From positions 53,657 to 117,656 of the IMG/VR virus record IMGVR_UViG_3300017646_000001: 64,000 nucleotides of DNA; one strand, written 5' to 3'. This document shows, piece after piece, positions 39,766 to 48,487 of this stretch; the stretch's first letter is position 1, and the number at the start of each line of letters is the position of its first letter. The notes under the pieces are model-generated. The model ran no database searches. It was not told where the DNA came from and saw only the letters and a list, made by a program, of their open reading frames with translations. The position numbers and the translations under genes were made by a program. This stretch comes from a virus.

Positions 39766-40222
39766 AGAATCCCAGCTTCAAGAGTGTTGGGCGGCGTACG
39801 TGGCTCACACGCTCTTCCACATTGAAGATTGGGGTGACGTTCTATTACACCGGCTTCCTGCTCCGTTTGGTGGTCGTGCCACCCTGCAACACGTTGTGTT
39901 GACCCCGTCGGGCGAGATCGACCATCAGTTCACCGATCAAACGTATTGGTACCTGGGCACGTGCCCGCATACCACGATATCCGTGCACCAAGCGTCCGGC
40001 ATCTCCCGCGCCGTGTCTACTGAGAGCCTACTCCGTGGGTATGCCCATACTGATTACACAGACTCGATAGAAGGTCTGCGTGTTCTCCACCCCCAACACG
40101 GTACGGGTGTAATTTCCCTTTCGGGTCGCGGCCAACTCGATCCCTGGTTGGTTATTCCCCCCGTTACCGAGTTTCTTCGCCGCGCTCAGTTCATTCGTTC
40201 CCTCGTTCTCTCCCATAGGTAA
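39746..40222 (+). CDS. Hypothetical protein
   Basis: Operonic ORF. Confidence 0.55.
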   Translation: MTPIKVKESQLQECWAAYVAHTLFHIEDWGDVLLHRLPAPFGGRATLQHVVLTPSGEIDHQFTDQTYWYLGTCPHTTISVHQASGISRAVSTESLLRGYAHTDYTDSIEGLRVLHPQHGTGVISLSGRGQLDPWLVIPPVTEFLRRAQFIRSLVLSHR

Positions 40223-40228
40223 GCGGTC

Positions 40229-40564
40229 ATGCGTGCTCTACTGTTGATTCTGTTTCCCGTTTTGGCTTCCGCTTCTACTCTTCCAGACCCTCAACGCGCC
40301 GTAGAGTGTGCCAACTCGGCTCAAACCTATCAACAGATCGCTGAAATGCGCGACCAGGGTCTCTCCGAGTATCAGACTTGGGAGTACTACCGAGAGTCCA
40401 TTAAGGACGCCGTAAACCGCCGCGCTTATCCCGCTCCTGTGGCTTACTATTACGCTGATTCTATTCAGCGCGCGATCTCTCTCGTGTATTCGCCGCCTTA
40501 CTACCCGCTCTCGCCTTCTGCCGTCTCCGCTACCGTTCTACAGTCTTGCCTCAATCCCGATTGA
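40229..40564 (+). CDS. Putative secreted protein
   Basis: Signal peptide MRALLLILFPVLASA; one Cys pair. Confidence 0.6.
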   Translation: MRALLLILFPVLASASTLPDPQRAVECANSAQTYQQIAEMRDQGLSEYQTWEYYRESIKDAVNRRAYPAPVAYYYADSIQRAISLVYSPPYYPLSPSAVSATVLQSCLNPD

Positions 40565-41001
40565 ACCCTATATTTCCTTACAGGGTTCTTGAACCATCTG
40601 ACTCCTTGTCTTCACAATATGGTTCATACGTTTCATATGTTTCATGAAACCAATCTTTCTCTTGCCTTTTCTTTCAAGGGCTTTCGGTAGGTAAGACATT
40701 CTTTCCCTACCGTTAATATTAGCCTGCTACGTAGTGGGGCCTTCTCGGGGAGTGGCCAAGAACGCGAACCGAATCCCACACGGAGCCCTCGTCAGAGAGA
40801 AATCTTTGAAGAGGAAAAGGGAGGTTGATCCACTTTAAGGATCGTGGGAGTTGCAAGCCAAGGGTTCTGCAAAGGTGAGTGGTTTTGATGCGACTCATTC
40901 TTTGGGTTTCAGGGACCCACCGTTCGGGGCGCTTCAGTTAATCTGGGGCCGCCCCGAACACCTATTTGGTTCAATCGTTTCCTTATACGCACAAACAATT
41001 A

Positions 41002-41466
41002 ATGGAAGCGACCCAAATGAGCCTCGCCCTAGCGATGATCCAAGCCAACGTACCGCTGCATCGTTGGAAGACTTTCGAAGCCGAACGACGTATGACCGAT
41101 CGCTCCAGCAGCGTGGAGATCGGTGGCTGGGGACGCACCAAGGATTGGAGCAAAGTAGCACGCGCTCTCCTTAACTCGTGTAGCCACCCCGACGCCGTTG
41201 ACCTCATCGCTCGGGAGTTCAACCAGTTCCCCGAATTGCTGCGCATCAACTTTCGTACTTTGGCGATTGAGGCCCACTCGGCATCGGGTAACGTGCGCAA
41301 AGGCATCGCTCGCCTCAACGATCGTTTGGGCGGCGCAATCCTGCGCGACAAGGACGTCCAAACCTTCAACCAGCGCGTTGAAGGCGTTGACGGTGCTCGG
41401 TACAAGAAAGTACGGGTAGACCCCGCTGTCGCTGGAGCCATGCGCAAGTATGGTATCATCAAATGA
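41002..41466 (+). CDS. Hypothetical protein
   Basis: ORF with typical codon usage; start uncertain. Confidence 0.55.
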   Translation: MEATQMSLALAMIQANVPLHRWKTFEAERRMTDRSSSVEIGGWGRTKDWSKVARALLNSCSHPDAVDLIAREFNQFPELLRINFRTLAIEAHSASGNVRKGIARLNDRLGGAILRDKDVQTFNQRVEGVDGARYKKVRVDPAVAGAMRKYGIIK

Positions 41467-41602
41467 GCCGGGTAGACGAACACGGGATTTCTGGCAAATC
41501 CCTCGACCCAGGCGCGCGCCTGGGTGAGCTCCAGGTGGCTGAGGATAAGACCCGTGCCGGTCGCTCCACCCTTTTCGTCAATGACCCCAAGGAAGCTCCG
41601 CT

Positions 41603-41800
41603 GTGACCTTGTTCTACCAGATTGTTCTCACCCTGCAGCTCGTCCTCTGCATTTTCTCCATGCTGTTCAGCATATTTTTGTCCACGGCCAGCTCCTGGAA
41701 GGAAGCGGTCTTCGACTTTCTGCTCATCCTGGCGGTCTGCAGCCTCGTGCTGTGGCTAGTAGTAGCTATGCCGCTCAAGTGGATTTGGGGCTGGGCGTGA
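41603..41800 (+). CDS. Small membrane protein
   Basis: Two hydrophobic helices; AAGGA RBS. Confidence 0.5.
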   Translation: MTLFYQIVLTLQLVLCIFSMLFSIFLSTASSWKEAVFDFLLILAVCSLVLWLVVAMPLKWIWGWA

Positions 41801-42156
41801 ACACCACCCACTATCGCGCTGGCACCATTCGTTGGACACGGGACAACGGCGACGTGGAGATTGCCTCTCCCCACGACGCCCACTACTCCACAATAACCAT
41901 GCTCGCGCAGGACTATTGGAGCGACCGTGAAGGCGGCTGGATGCCCATCTGCCCCAAAGACTGGGTAGGCCGAGAGTTATTGGTTCCCGAAGAGCTGCTC
42001 CGTCAAAACGCCACCATCCTGTCACCCTTTGCGCCAGTTACGGTGGAGGGCCAGCAGTGGGAGTTCGTCTTGGTGCACTGCAAGATTTCCTGCGTTAAAG
42101 TAGATCGGCGCGGCCACTACCTTCAGATGCGCCCCGTGTTCAAGGAAGCAGCATGA
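41797..42156 (+). CDS. Hypothetical protein
   Basis: GTGA overlap. Confidence 0.5.
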   Translation: MNTTHYRAGTIRWTRDNGDVEIASPHDAHYSTITMLAQDYWSDREGGWMPICPKDWVGRELLVPEELLRQNATILSPFAPVTVEGQQWEFVLVHCKISCVKVDRRGHYLQMRPVFKEAA

Positions 42157-42467
42157 CAGTAGAGTTTTGTGGCGGCATACCAATTTGTCGGGTGAATCAG
42201 ATCACACGCCGCGAGCCGGAATTTTATATATCCTACAATCCATCGCAGCGTGACTACGGCACGGATACGACGGCAATGCATATCAATGAAACTGGCCAGT
42301 TTCTCACTCTTGCGGGTAACCACACAGACCAGTATAACGGCTTGAATTTCACTGAGGCGCTGGCCTACTTCTATGCGAACGTCGATAAGGCGGTCCCACA
42401 ATCCGAGCATGGGCGAGTCTTCAAGTTTGAAAACGGCAAAGCGGCTTATGTAGCTGGGGGATATTGA
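42153..42467 (+). CDS. Hypothetical protein
   Basis: ATGA overlap. Confidence 0.6.
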   Translation: MTVEFCGGIPICRVNQITRREPEFYISYNPSQRDYGTDTTAMHINETGQFLTLAGNHTDQYNGLNFTEALAYFYANVDKAVPQSEHGRVFKFENGKAAYVAGGY

Positions 42468-42679
42468 TCATTTTCAAGACCGAAAAGCAACATGTTTGGA
42501 AGCGGGGCGGTGATCTTGGGCTTTCGTCGGGCAGCCGTTTATACCGCACACTAATCTGCGCTCAGTGCGGCGTCTTGCAAAATATTAACAATATCGACCG
42601 CGCATGTAAAGGACGCGTCAAGGTTGCGTTGCGCGACCGTCAAAAGATTTCCCCTGAATCCACCAAGGAATTTGAATGA
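42464..42679 (+). CDS. Hypothetical Zn-finger protein
   Basis: H..CAQC..C. Confidence 0.45.
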   Translation: MIIFKTEKQHVWKRGGDLGLSSGSRLYRTLICAQCGVLQNINNIDRACKGRVKVALRDRQKISPESTKEFE

Positions 42680-43086
42680 AATCCCGTGTTCTCCTCCCTC
42701 TGATTGCCGCTGTTCTCTTGGCCGGTTGCAACGACGCCGACATCGCTTCGCAGAATATCTCGAAGGCTGCTGACAACTTCGAAATCAACCGCCGCGTCGT
42801 GTTCTACAACGGCATCACGGGCGAGTATATGCTCAGCATCGAAGGACTGTGCAGCTCGGGCAACGACAACACCGCCAACAAGGTGTCGATCACGTGCAAA
42901 GTAGGACCTAGCTCCTACAAGAAGCACTTTCTCGGCCTGTCCGATAACGTGACCTACTTCATCGAGCAGCTTGAGCCGGCCAAGGCAAGCGCTTACCACT
43001 ACCGCGTCACGTTCAAGCCACAAACCATCCTGCCCGACATCGACTTCCGTGGCAGCACCGAAGCCCTGGGTGATTTGGTCAAATGA
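42676..43086 (+). CDS. Conserved phage lipoprotein
   Basis: Lipobox LAGC; ADNFEINRRVVFYNGITGEY...KKHFLGLSDNVTY. Confidence 0.8.
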   Translation: MKSRVLLPLIAAVLLAGCNDADIASQNISKAADNFEINRRVVFYNGITGEYMLSIEGLCSSGNDNTANKVSITCKVGPSSYKKHFLGLSDNVTYFIEQLEPAKASAYHYRVTFKPQTILPDIDFRGSTEALGDLVK

Positions 43087-43192
43087 AAGCCCTGCGCCTA
43101 CTAGCCCGTTGGGCTATCGACCACGTGCCGCTGGGACGGTTCGCTCCGGCGGTATTCGGGTTCGCAGTGGGCGCTACTCCTAAGGAACGCAA

Positions 43193-43468
43193 ATGACTCA
43201 AGAGCGCTGCAAAGCCTGTAATGACGTCGGCATGGTGCACTGCTCCGACCCGACCAACTGTGGTGGAATGCAACCCGTGACGAAGCCGATGAAAGTGCCC
43301 GAAGGCCCGTTCTCGGTTTCGTTGGTGATGCAAGTTCTTGCCAATCGGTCGTATCACTTTACGTCGTTCAAGCAGTTTGAGGCGTTTTCGCGCGACGTGC
43401 TGAATGACCTCACTATCGCTGTTAACCAAGCGCCCGTGGAATTCAAGGCCATGACGTTGACGGACTAA
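43193..43468 (+). CDS. Hypothetical protein
   Basis: AAGGA RBS; CxxC..HC..C. Confidence 0.55.
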   Translation: MTQERCKACNDVGMVHCSDPTNCGGMQPVTKPMKVPEGPFSVSLVMQVLANRSYHFTSFKQFEAFSRDVLNDLTIAVNQAPVEFKAMTLTD

Positions 43469-43742
43469 CACAACCCGCGCTTTCCCTTCACCAACTAGAG
43501 TTGATGGAAGTTTGGCAATGACGGTGACACCCCCTGACCAGACAGCTCTTAATGACGAAATTGCTAACGAGTTACTCGATGAGATAGGGTGCTCAGATGA
43601 GGAACGTCGCCAAGTACTGTCAATGTTTAAGAATCCTTGGGATGCCCCTGTTCTTCTAAAGATATTAAGACTAGCAAAGAAACCCGAATCTTAGCTTTCA
43701 CATCTCGAGCGTATGAAAAATATTAAAGCAGAGTAGCGAGCC

Positions 43743-44159
43743 ATGATACTCGAAAGCGAAACAGAAACCTCTGTTTACTACTACCGTTATGAGAATCGGC
43801 TCGTTTCGGTAGGCGTGGACGAGTTTGACAATTCGCTAGGCTCTACCATGGAGCTATATTGTCACCGCTATCGCCTCTTGAAAAAGACGCCGAAGGGAGC
43901 CTGGATCAATACTTATTCGGGGCGTCGGTTTGTACTGGACGAGGCCCGTCGTAAGTATGCTCATCCCACGCAAGAAGCCGCGCTGCATTCTTTCATCGCC
44001 CGAAAGGACGCCCAAATCCGTATCCTGGACAATCGAATCGAAGGAGCGGAGCAAGGCAAGCGCCTAGCTCAATCCGCCTTGAACAAGCTGCACAAAGACG
44101 AAGGAAGGGCTTCTGCCATCCCCGTCCCCAATTTTGATCTCAATCCCTATGCTGCCTAA
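43743..44159 (+). CDS. Hypothetical phage protein
   Basis: KKTPKGAWI...RRKYAHPTQEAALHSFIARK motif. Confidence 0.65.
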   Translation: MILESETETSVYYYRYENRLVSVGVDEFDNSLGSTMELYCHRYRLLKKTPKGAWINTYSGRRFVLDEARRKYAHPTQEAALHSFIARKDAQIRILDNRIEGAEQGKRLAQSALNKLHKDEGRASAIPVPNFDLNPYAA

Positions 44160-44385
44160 ATTCGCTATCGTTAAAGGCGGTCGATACCGTTGTTACTGCG
44201 ACCGATTCTGGGGAGAAGGAGAAACCCGTGCCACCGCTTTTGCTGATTGGCGCGAAGCTGCTCGGGAATTCCAACGCAGCTCAAAAGACACTGCGCCCAA
44301 TGCCAGCACGAACGTTGGCTAAGCACTGCTTCATAAAATCCCCATAAAGACAGGGCGAACACCGGATTTCAGGCAAATATTTCCT

Positions 44386-44476
44386 AAATGGCGTTGTGTC
44401 GACACAACGTTATGAAGCGACGCTATATGCGTATGACAAAAAGTCATGTTATAATACGGTTTTGCACCCACAGACC
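44386..44476 (+). promoter_or_regulatory. Promoter repeat copy 1 (palindrome + TATAAT)
   Basis: 18-bp palindrome 44392-44409, ATGAC-N5-GTCAT, TATAAT 44450; near-identical to 54462 and 62185. Confidence 0.8.
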
Positions 44477-44492
44477 CTAAAAGGAAGCCGTC

Positions 44493-44834
44493 ATGACCCA
44501 ATACCAAATCCAATTCTGCACTGCCCAGCGCCGCATCCTGGTGTCGGCCCTGAACATGCAGATTGAATCGGAAGTCGCCCGCACCCTGGCTGATCAATTC
44601 GACGTGCTGCAGCCCGAGCCCAACGCCGAAGTTTCGCCCTGGACCGACTGCAGCGTCCTGCCCGCGCAGGCCATCACCGACGAGCAGCGCAGCCTGATGA
44701 TCCGCGCTCTGAACTCGACTAGCTTCAGCAACGACGAAGACGCAGAAGAAGCCGAATCCCTGATGATCGGCTTGGACACCATCCCGCAATACGAAGAAGA
44801 CGAGCCCGGCATGATCCACGGCCTGTGCTTCTAA
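44493..44834 (+). CDS. Hypothetical acidic early protein
   Basis: First gene after promoter repeat; internal duplication QRRILVSALN / QRSLMIRALN. Confidence 0.7.
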   Translation: MTQYQIQFCTAQRRILVSALNMQIESEVARTLADQFDVLQPEPNAEVSPWTDCSVLPAQAITDEQRSLMIRALNSTSFSNDEDAEEAESLMIGLDTIPQYEEDEPGMIHGLCF

Positions 44835-45322
44835 GGAGATTGACATGACCGAACCCGTCTTCAAGTTTTTCTGGCAACTGCGCCAGTGGCAGCGTCTGGA
44901 GCAGGTGGCTGCCGATCGCGAACGCTTTGGCTTCAGCGGAGCTAAAGTGGACCGTTTCGTCGCCGACGCTCACCGAGACGCCACTCAGCGTCTGGCCGGC
45001 AACATCATTCAACAGTACTGCTAGGACCGAACATGACGCAAAAACCCCAACGCTGGTATACCAAGGACGAAGACGGCACGGTGCGAGTCTACGACCACTG
45101 GGAACCCGAACGAGCATCTTTCGTGTCAATCGTCACCACGGCCGACTTGCCGTTTTACCGCCACAACTTCCAACTGCGCAAGGTGACAGCATGATACATT
45201 TTCTGAACGGTTATGAAACGGGCTTGCGTTCTTGCTATGGGATCATGGACGATTATGGTAATCTGATCCCGTGCCAACCCGAAACGTACCGTCACCTGTA
45301 TTCATACTGAACTGAACAGATC

Positions 45323-45631
45323 ATGATCACAGTCCAAATTCTGAGCAACGTAGACCGGGTTGACCCGGATGACTGGTGTCGCCCGCTCTATCTCACCACC
45401 GAAGCGTCGGGCGAAGTGCTGACTCGATCCGCCTACGGCGGCTTCGCTCAAAACCACACCAAGTGGGCGCGAGTGCGTCATGTGTTGGGCGCTCATTGGT
45501 GGGGCAAGATGGTGCATCAAATCAACACCAACCTGGGCCAATACGAATTCATGCGCGACACGAACGGCAACCTGCCTGAGAGCCACCGCCTGAATATGGG
45601 TGCTTACAACCTGATGGACGCACAATCATGA
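45323..45631 (+). CDS. Hypothetical protein
   Basis: ORF with typical codon usage. Confidence 0.55.
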   Translation: MITVQILSNVDRVDPDDWCRPLYLTTEASGEVLTRSAYGGFAQNHTKWARVRHVLGAHWWGKMVHQINTNLGQYEFMRDTNGNLPESHRLNMGAYNLMDAQS

Positions 45632-45723
45632 CCACCCAAGATGTCGGTAAGACTGATTAGTGCTCACGTTTATAAATACAGGCAGCAATGTTCCCCATCC
45701 CTCCGTTGCGGCCTGAGTTTTGA

Positions 45724-45763
45724 GGGGGTTCTTGGTCCCAGAGCTGGGAACCCCCTTTCTTTT
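45724..45763 (+). terminator. Intrinsic terminator
   Basis: GGGGGTTCTTGG...CTGGGAACCCCC followed by TTTCTTTT. Confidence 0.6.
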
Positions 45764-45857
45764 CCTGCAGTTAGATGGTAGCTCTGGACGTCGATCGTTC
45801 GATACTCTTGTCCGGATCAGAGTGAACGAGCCAGAACTACCCTCTAAACGCAGTATC

Positions 45858-45869
45858 GTTCTTTAACAA
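45858..45869 (+). promoter_or_regulatory. boxA-like antitermination element
   Basis: GTTCTTTAACAA, close to the rrn boxA consensus GYTCTTTAACA, upstream of stable-RNA cluster. Confidence 0.6.
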
Positions 45870-45881
45870 TTTGACCTATTT

Positions 45882-46016
45882 GCTTGGCAGTTTGGTAGAG
45901 GATACGAACGTTTAGTGTTCGTTAGAGTTTGAGCGATTAAAGTGACGTAGTGGCGGGCTCGAGACCGGAACCACCTCCGCATTATTCCTTCGTATCCTCT
46001 CCCAAACTGCCAAGCC
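45882..46016 (+). ncRNA. Unassigned structured RNA closed by ~26-bp terminal stem
   Basis: GCTTGGCAGTTTGGTAGAGGATACGAA pairs with TTCGTATCCTCTCCCAAACTGCCAAGC. Confidence 0.6.
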
Positions 46017-46039
46017 GAGTTAAACAACATAGGAATATT

Positions 46040-46610
46040 TGCCGATGATCAAGGTTGAGCTACTTCATCGCGAGCTTTCGGGGTGTTAGCTTAGTAGAAG
46101 GCCTTGTAGGTGAATGTAATGGTAGTGTGGAACCCTGGGGTTCCTGAATTTGAAGTGAATGGTGTCAAGACGGGAGTTCGATTCTCCCCGGCTCCACCAT
46201 GGTTAACTTAGGACCGAAGCCCTTAGAGCCCGAGCGCAAAGTGACGGATTGGGTGGTAGATTCGGAGATTTGAAAGTAGCCGGGAAACCGGAGCTGGATA
46301 AGGCCGGAGTAAACTAGGTTAACCTTGATGGGGCCGACTGGTTTCGATTGGCATACTGAAGCGGATAAAACTACTAGGCAAGCGGAGCCTTTTGTAAGTC
46401 CTGAGCGCGGAGTACGGCATATGCTATCCGGGGACTTGCATGAAACCAAGCAACGAAAGTAACTGCCAACGACAGCCAATTCCGCGCTGCTGCCTAAACA
46501 GCACAGCCGGTGGAGTACGTGAGGTAACTCCGGGGTAACCTGGATGGTAAACTCGCGCTGCCCGGACTCCCGATCATGACGGAGCCTCCATCACCAGAAT
46601 CCGGGCGGAC
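46040..46610 (+). ncRNA. ssrA: tmRNA, circularly permuted (two-piece); outer boundaries approximate
   Basis: T-arm and acceptor GACGGGAGTTCGATTCTCCCCGGCTCCACCA ends 46199, upstream of 5' end GGGGCCGACTGGTTTCGA at 46330; G3-U70 pair; tag ANDSQFRAAA* at 46465-46497. Confidence 0.9.
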
Positions 46611-46777
46611 CATGAGGTAGACGTATCGCACACGGTGCTGGCGGCAGGCCTTGCAAACCTAGCTGAGAGCGTCGCGTATCTGGGGCCAACCCCGGGGGCG
46701 TGCGTCTACCTGACGGCAAGCGGGTCTACAGACCCCTCCGAACCCCGAGTCGAAAGACTCGGGCGTAGGAGATAATT

Positions 46778-46855
46778 CGGAACTTAGCACAGTCAGGCCA
46801 GTGCACTCGGTTTGGGACCGAGGGGTCGTAGGTTCGAATCCTACAGTTCCGACCA
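46778..46855 (+). tRNA. tRNA-Pro(TGG)
   Basis: Acceptor CGGAACT/AGTTCCG, anticodon arm CTCGG-TTTGGGA-CCGAG, GGTTCGAATCC, encoded CCA. Confidence 0.92.
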
Positions 46856-47076
46856 CCATTTGGTAGCTTTCGGCAGCAACCGTCCTCCAATGCCTGGAGG
46901 GTGCGGTTCGTTGTCAGGATGTGAATCCCTTCAGCAAGGTGCAGCATTCGGCCAAAGGGACGCCGCTGAGTCCTTACGAGCTAGAGAGTTACCAAATGGT
47001 GGTGTTGAAAGCGATGAAGCCGCGAACCATACTTGAGTTCGCAATACGGTGGAGCAAGTAGGCGTCACCTTCTAAT

Positions 47077-47163
47077 GCTAGTATGGTGAAATTGGCAGAC
47101 ACAGTAGGTTTAGGTCCTGCCGCTCGCAAGAGCGTCTCGGTTCGAGTCCGAGTACTAGCACCA
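47077..47163 (+). tRNA. tRNA-Leu(TAG)
   Basis: GCTAGTA/TACTAGC acceptor, loop TTTAGGT, long variable arm, GTTCGAGTC, CCA. Confidence 0.92.
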
Positions 47164-47165
47164 AT

Positions 47166-47254
47166 GCCCGAGTGGTGAAATTGGTAGACACATGGGACTT
47201 AAAATCCCCCGCCATTGACTTGGCGTACCGGTTCGATTCCGGTCTCGGGTACCA
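47166..47254 (+). tRNA. tRNA-Leu(TAA)
   Basis: GCCCGAG/CTCGGGT acceptor, loop CTTAAAA, long variable arm, GTTCGATTC, CCA. Confidence 0.93.
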
Positions 47255-47344
47255 AAATTTAAAGCGGGAGACTTACGGGTCTCCCGAAAACTTATGCGTG
47301 GCAGACGTTTTGGTTTATTACCAATACTGATCACGGAGACTTGC

Positions 47345-47716
47345 ATGGATACTATTAATCAGCCCGAGTTCACTGTACTGAGTCGGCTCCAAAACGAGTA
47401 CAAGGAGTTGGCTGAACGGCAGGCCAAACTGGTTGCTTTCCTGCAAAGCGACCATGATGATCCCTCTATTTCTTTCTCCGCTCTGCGCCTGCTGCAGCAA
47501 CAGTTGGAAGTCCAACAAGCGTTGCTGTACATATTAGAAGCCCGACTACAGATCATGCAGTCGGATTTGTCGTCCAAACTGCGCCAAGACGAAGGCTGCC
47601 CGCACCACAGCGTCGAGCACGTGTGTGTCTCCACTACCGTAGTGCCCCGTGGTCTGCGTTGGCCGTCCGAACTGGATGGCGCACACTCTGTAGCTGATCA
47701 GGAGAACGCAGGATGA
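47345..47716 (+). CDS. Hypothetical coiled-coil protein
   Basis: RLQNEYKELAERQAKLVAFL...LLQQQ...YILEARL; GGAG RBS. Confidence 0.6.
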   Translation: MDTINQPEFTVLSRLQNEYKELAERQAKLVAFLQSDHDDPSISFSALRLLQQQLEVQQALLYILEARLQIMQSDLSSKLRQDEGCPHHSVEHVCVSTTVVPRGLRWPSELDGAHSVADQENAG

Positions 47717-48168
47717 CAACGGAATTCGCTCAAATGTCCAAGGATCAACTATGCAAGCTGGCTGAACAGCAAGCCAGTCAAATCGAGGGCCTACAGGATA
47801 CTCTGCGCCGACAAGAGTATGTGATTCAAGAGGCACGTCGAATAGCGAACGCGGTGCAGTCCTTGAAGCGTCAGGATTACTGGATTTGGCAAGAATCCGG
47901 TAACGACCTCGATTCGATGAGCGCGAACATGATGGTCGTGATGACCGCCGCTCAACTACGCGCTGAACTCGACCCCGACCACACGGTGGAACAGCTGTTG
48001 CAGGCTGCCGTAGATCGCGCTCCTCAGCCTTTGCGCCGCCTAGGCCAGTTTTTGCAGTCCGTACTTGACGAAGACCACTGGGCTACTGCAGACCGGTTGC
48101 TGCTCGGTGCGTGTTTGGCAGTGGGCCAAGAGTACACGCAGCCTCCTTTTCAGAAACAAAATGGCTAA
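47713..48168 (+). CDS. Hypothetical protein
   Basis: AGGAG RBS, ATGA overlap. Confidence 0.6.
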   Translation: MTTEFAQMSKDQLCKLAEQQASQIEGLQDTLRRQEYVIQEARRIANAVQSLKRQDYWIWQESGNDLDSMSANMMVVMTAAQLRAELDPDHTVEQLLQAAVDRAPQPLRRLGQFLQSVLDEDHWATADRLLLGACLAVGQEYTQPPFQKQNG

Positions 48169-48487
48169 CGTACAACCTGGGGATTTGGCGATCGTAGTAA
48201 ATTCTCCCAAATTTCCTACTAATATTGGTAAAATCGTTCGAGTGGTAGGTCCAGCTCCCGTAGATGAGCTGGGTCGGATTATAATGGGCCCGAATTGGGT
48301 GATAAATAATTCGGTCGGTTGGATCGTATGGCAGATAGAGCCTATATCTAGTGCGGTATACGGGTTGTATAATCGTATTATTCCAAAGGAAGTCAGGGTG
48401 TTTCCCGATCGTTATTTGAGGAAACTATCCGACCTGGACGACCCTTGTTCCCACACTGAACACCAAGAACTGGAGCTTCTAGCATGA
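48161..48487 (+). CDS. Hypothetical protein
   Basis: VQPGDLAIVV...NIGKIVRV...PDRYLR phage motif; AT-rich. Confidence 0.6.
   Translation: MANVQPGDLAIVVNSPKFPTNIGKIVRVVGPAPVDELGRIIMGPNWVINNSVGWIVWQIEPISSAVYGLYNRIIPKEVRVFPDRYLRKLSDLDDPCSHTEHQELELLA

Noticed and set aside
46615-46711. tRNA-Sec or canonical tRNA-Cys
   Set aside because: No TCA anticodon, no TTCGA T-loop, no CCA.
46858-46997. SRP RNA
   Set aside because: GTCAGG and AGCA are present but not arranged as the symmetric domain IV loop around a GNRA hairpin.
46165-47346. Short ORFs over the RNA cluster
   Set aside because: They overlap tmRNA/tRNAs; translations such as MVEPGRIELPS and VGFEPTT are typical antisense-tRNA artefacts.
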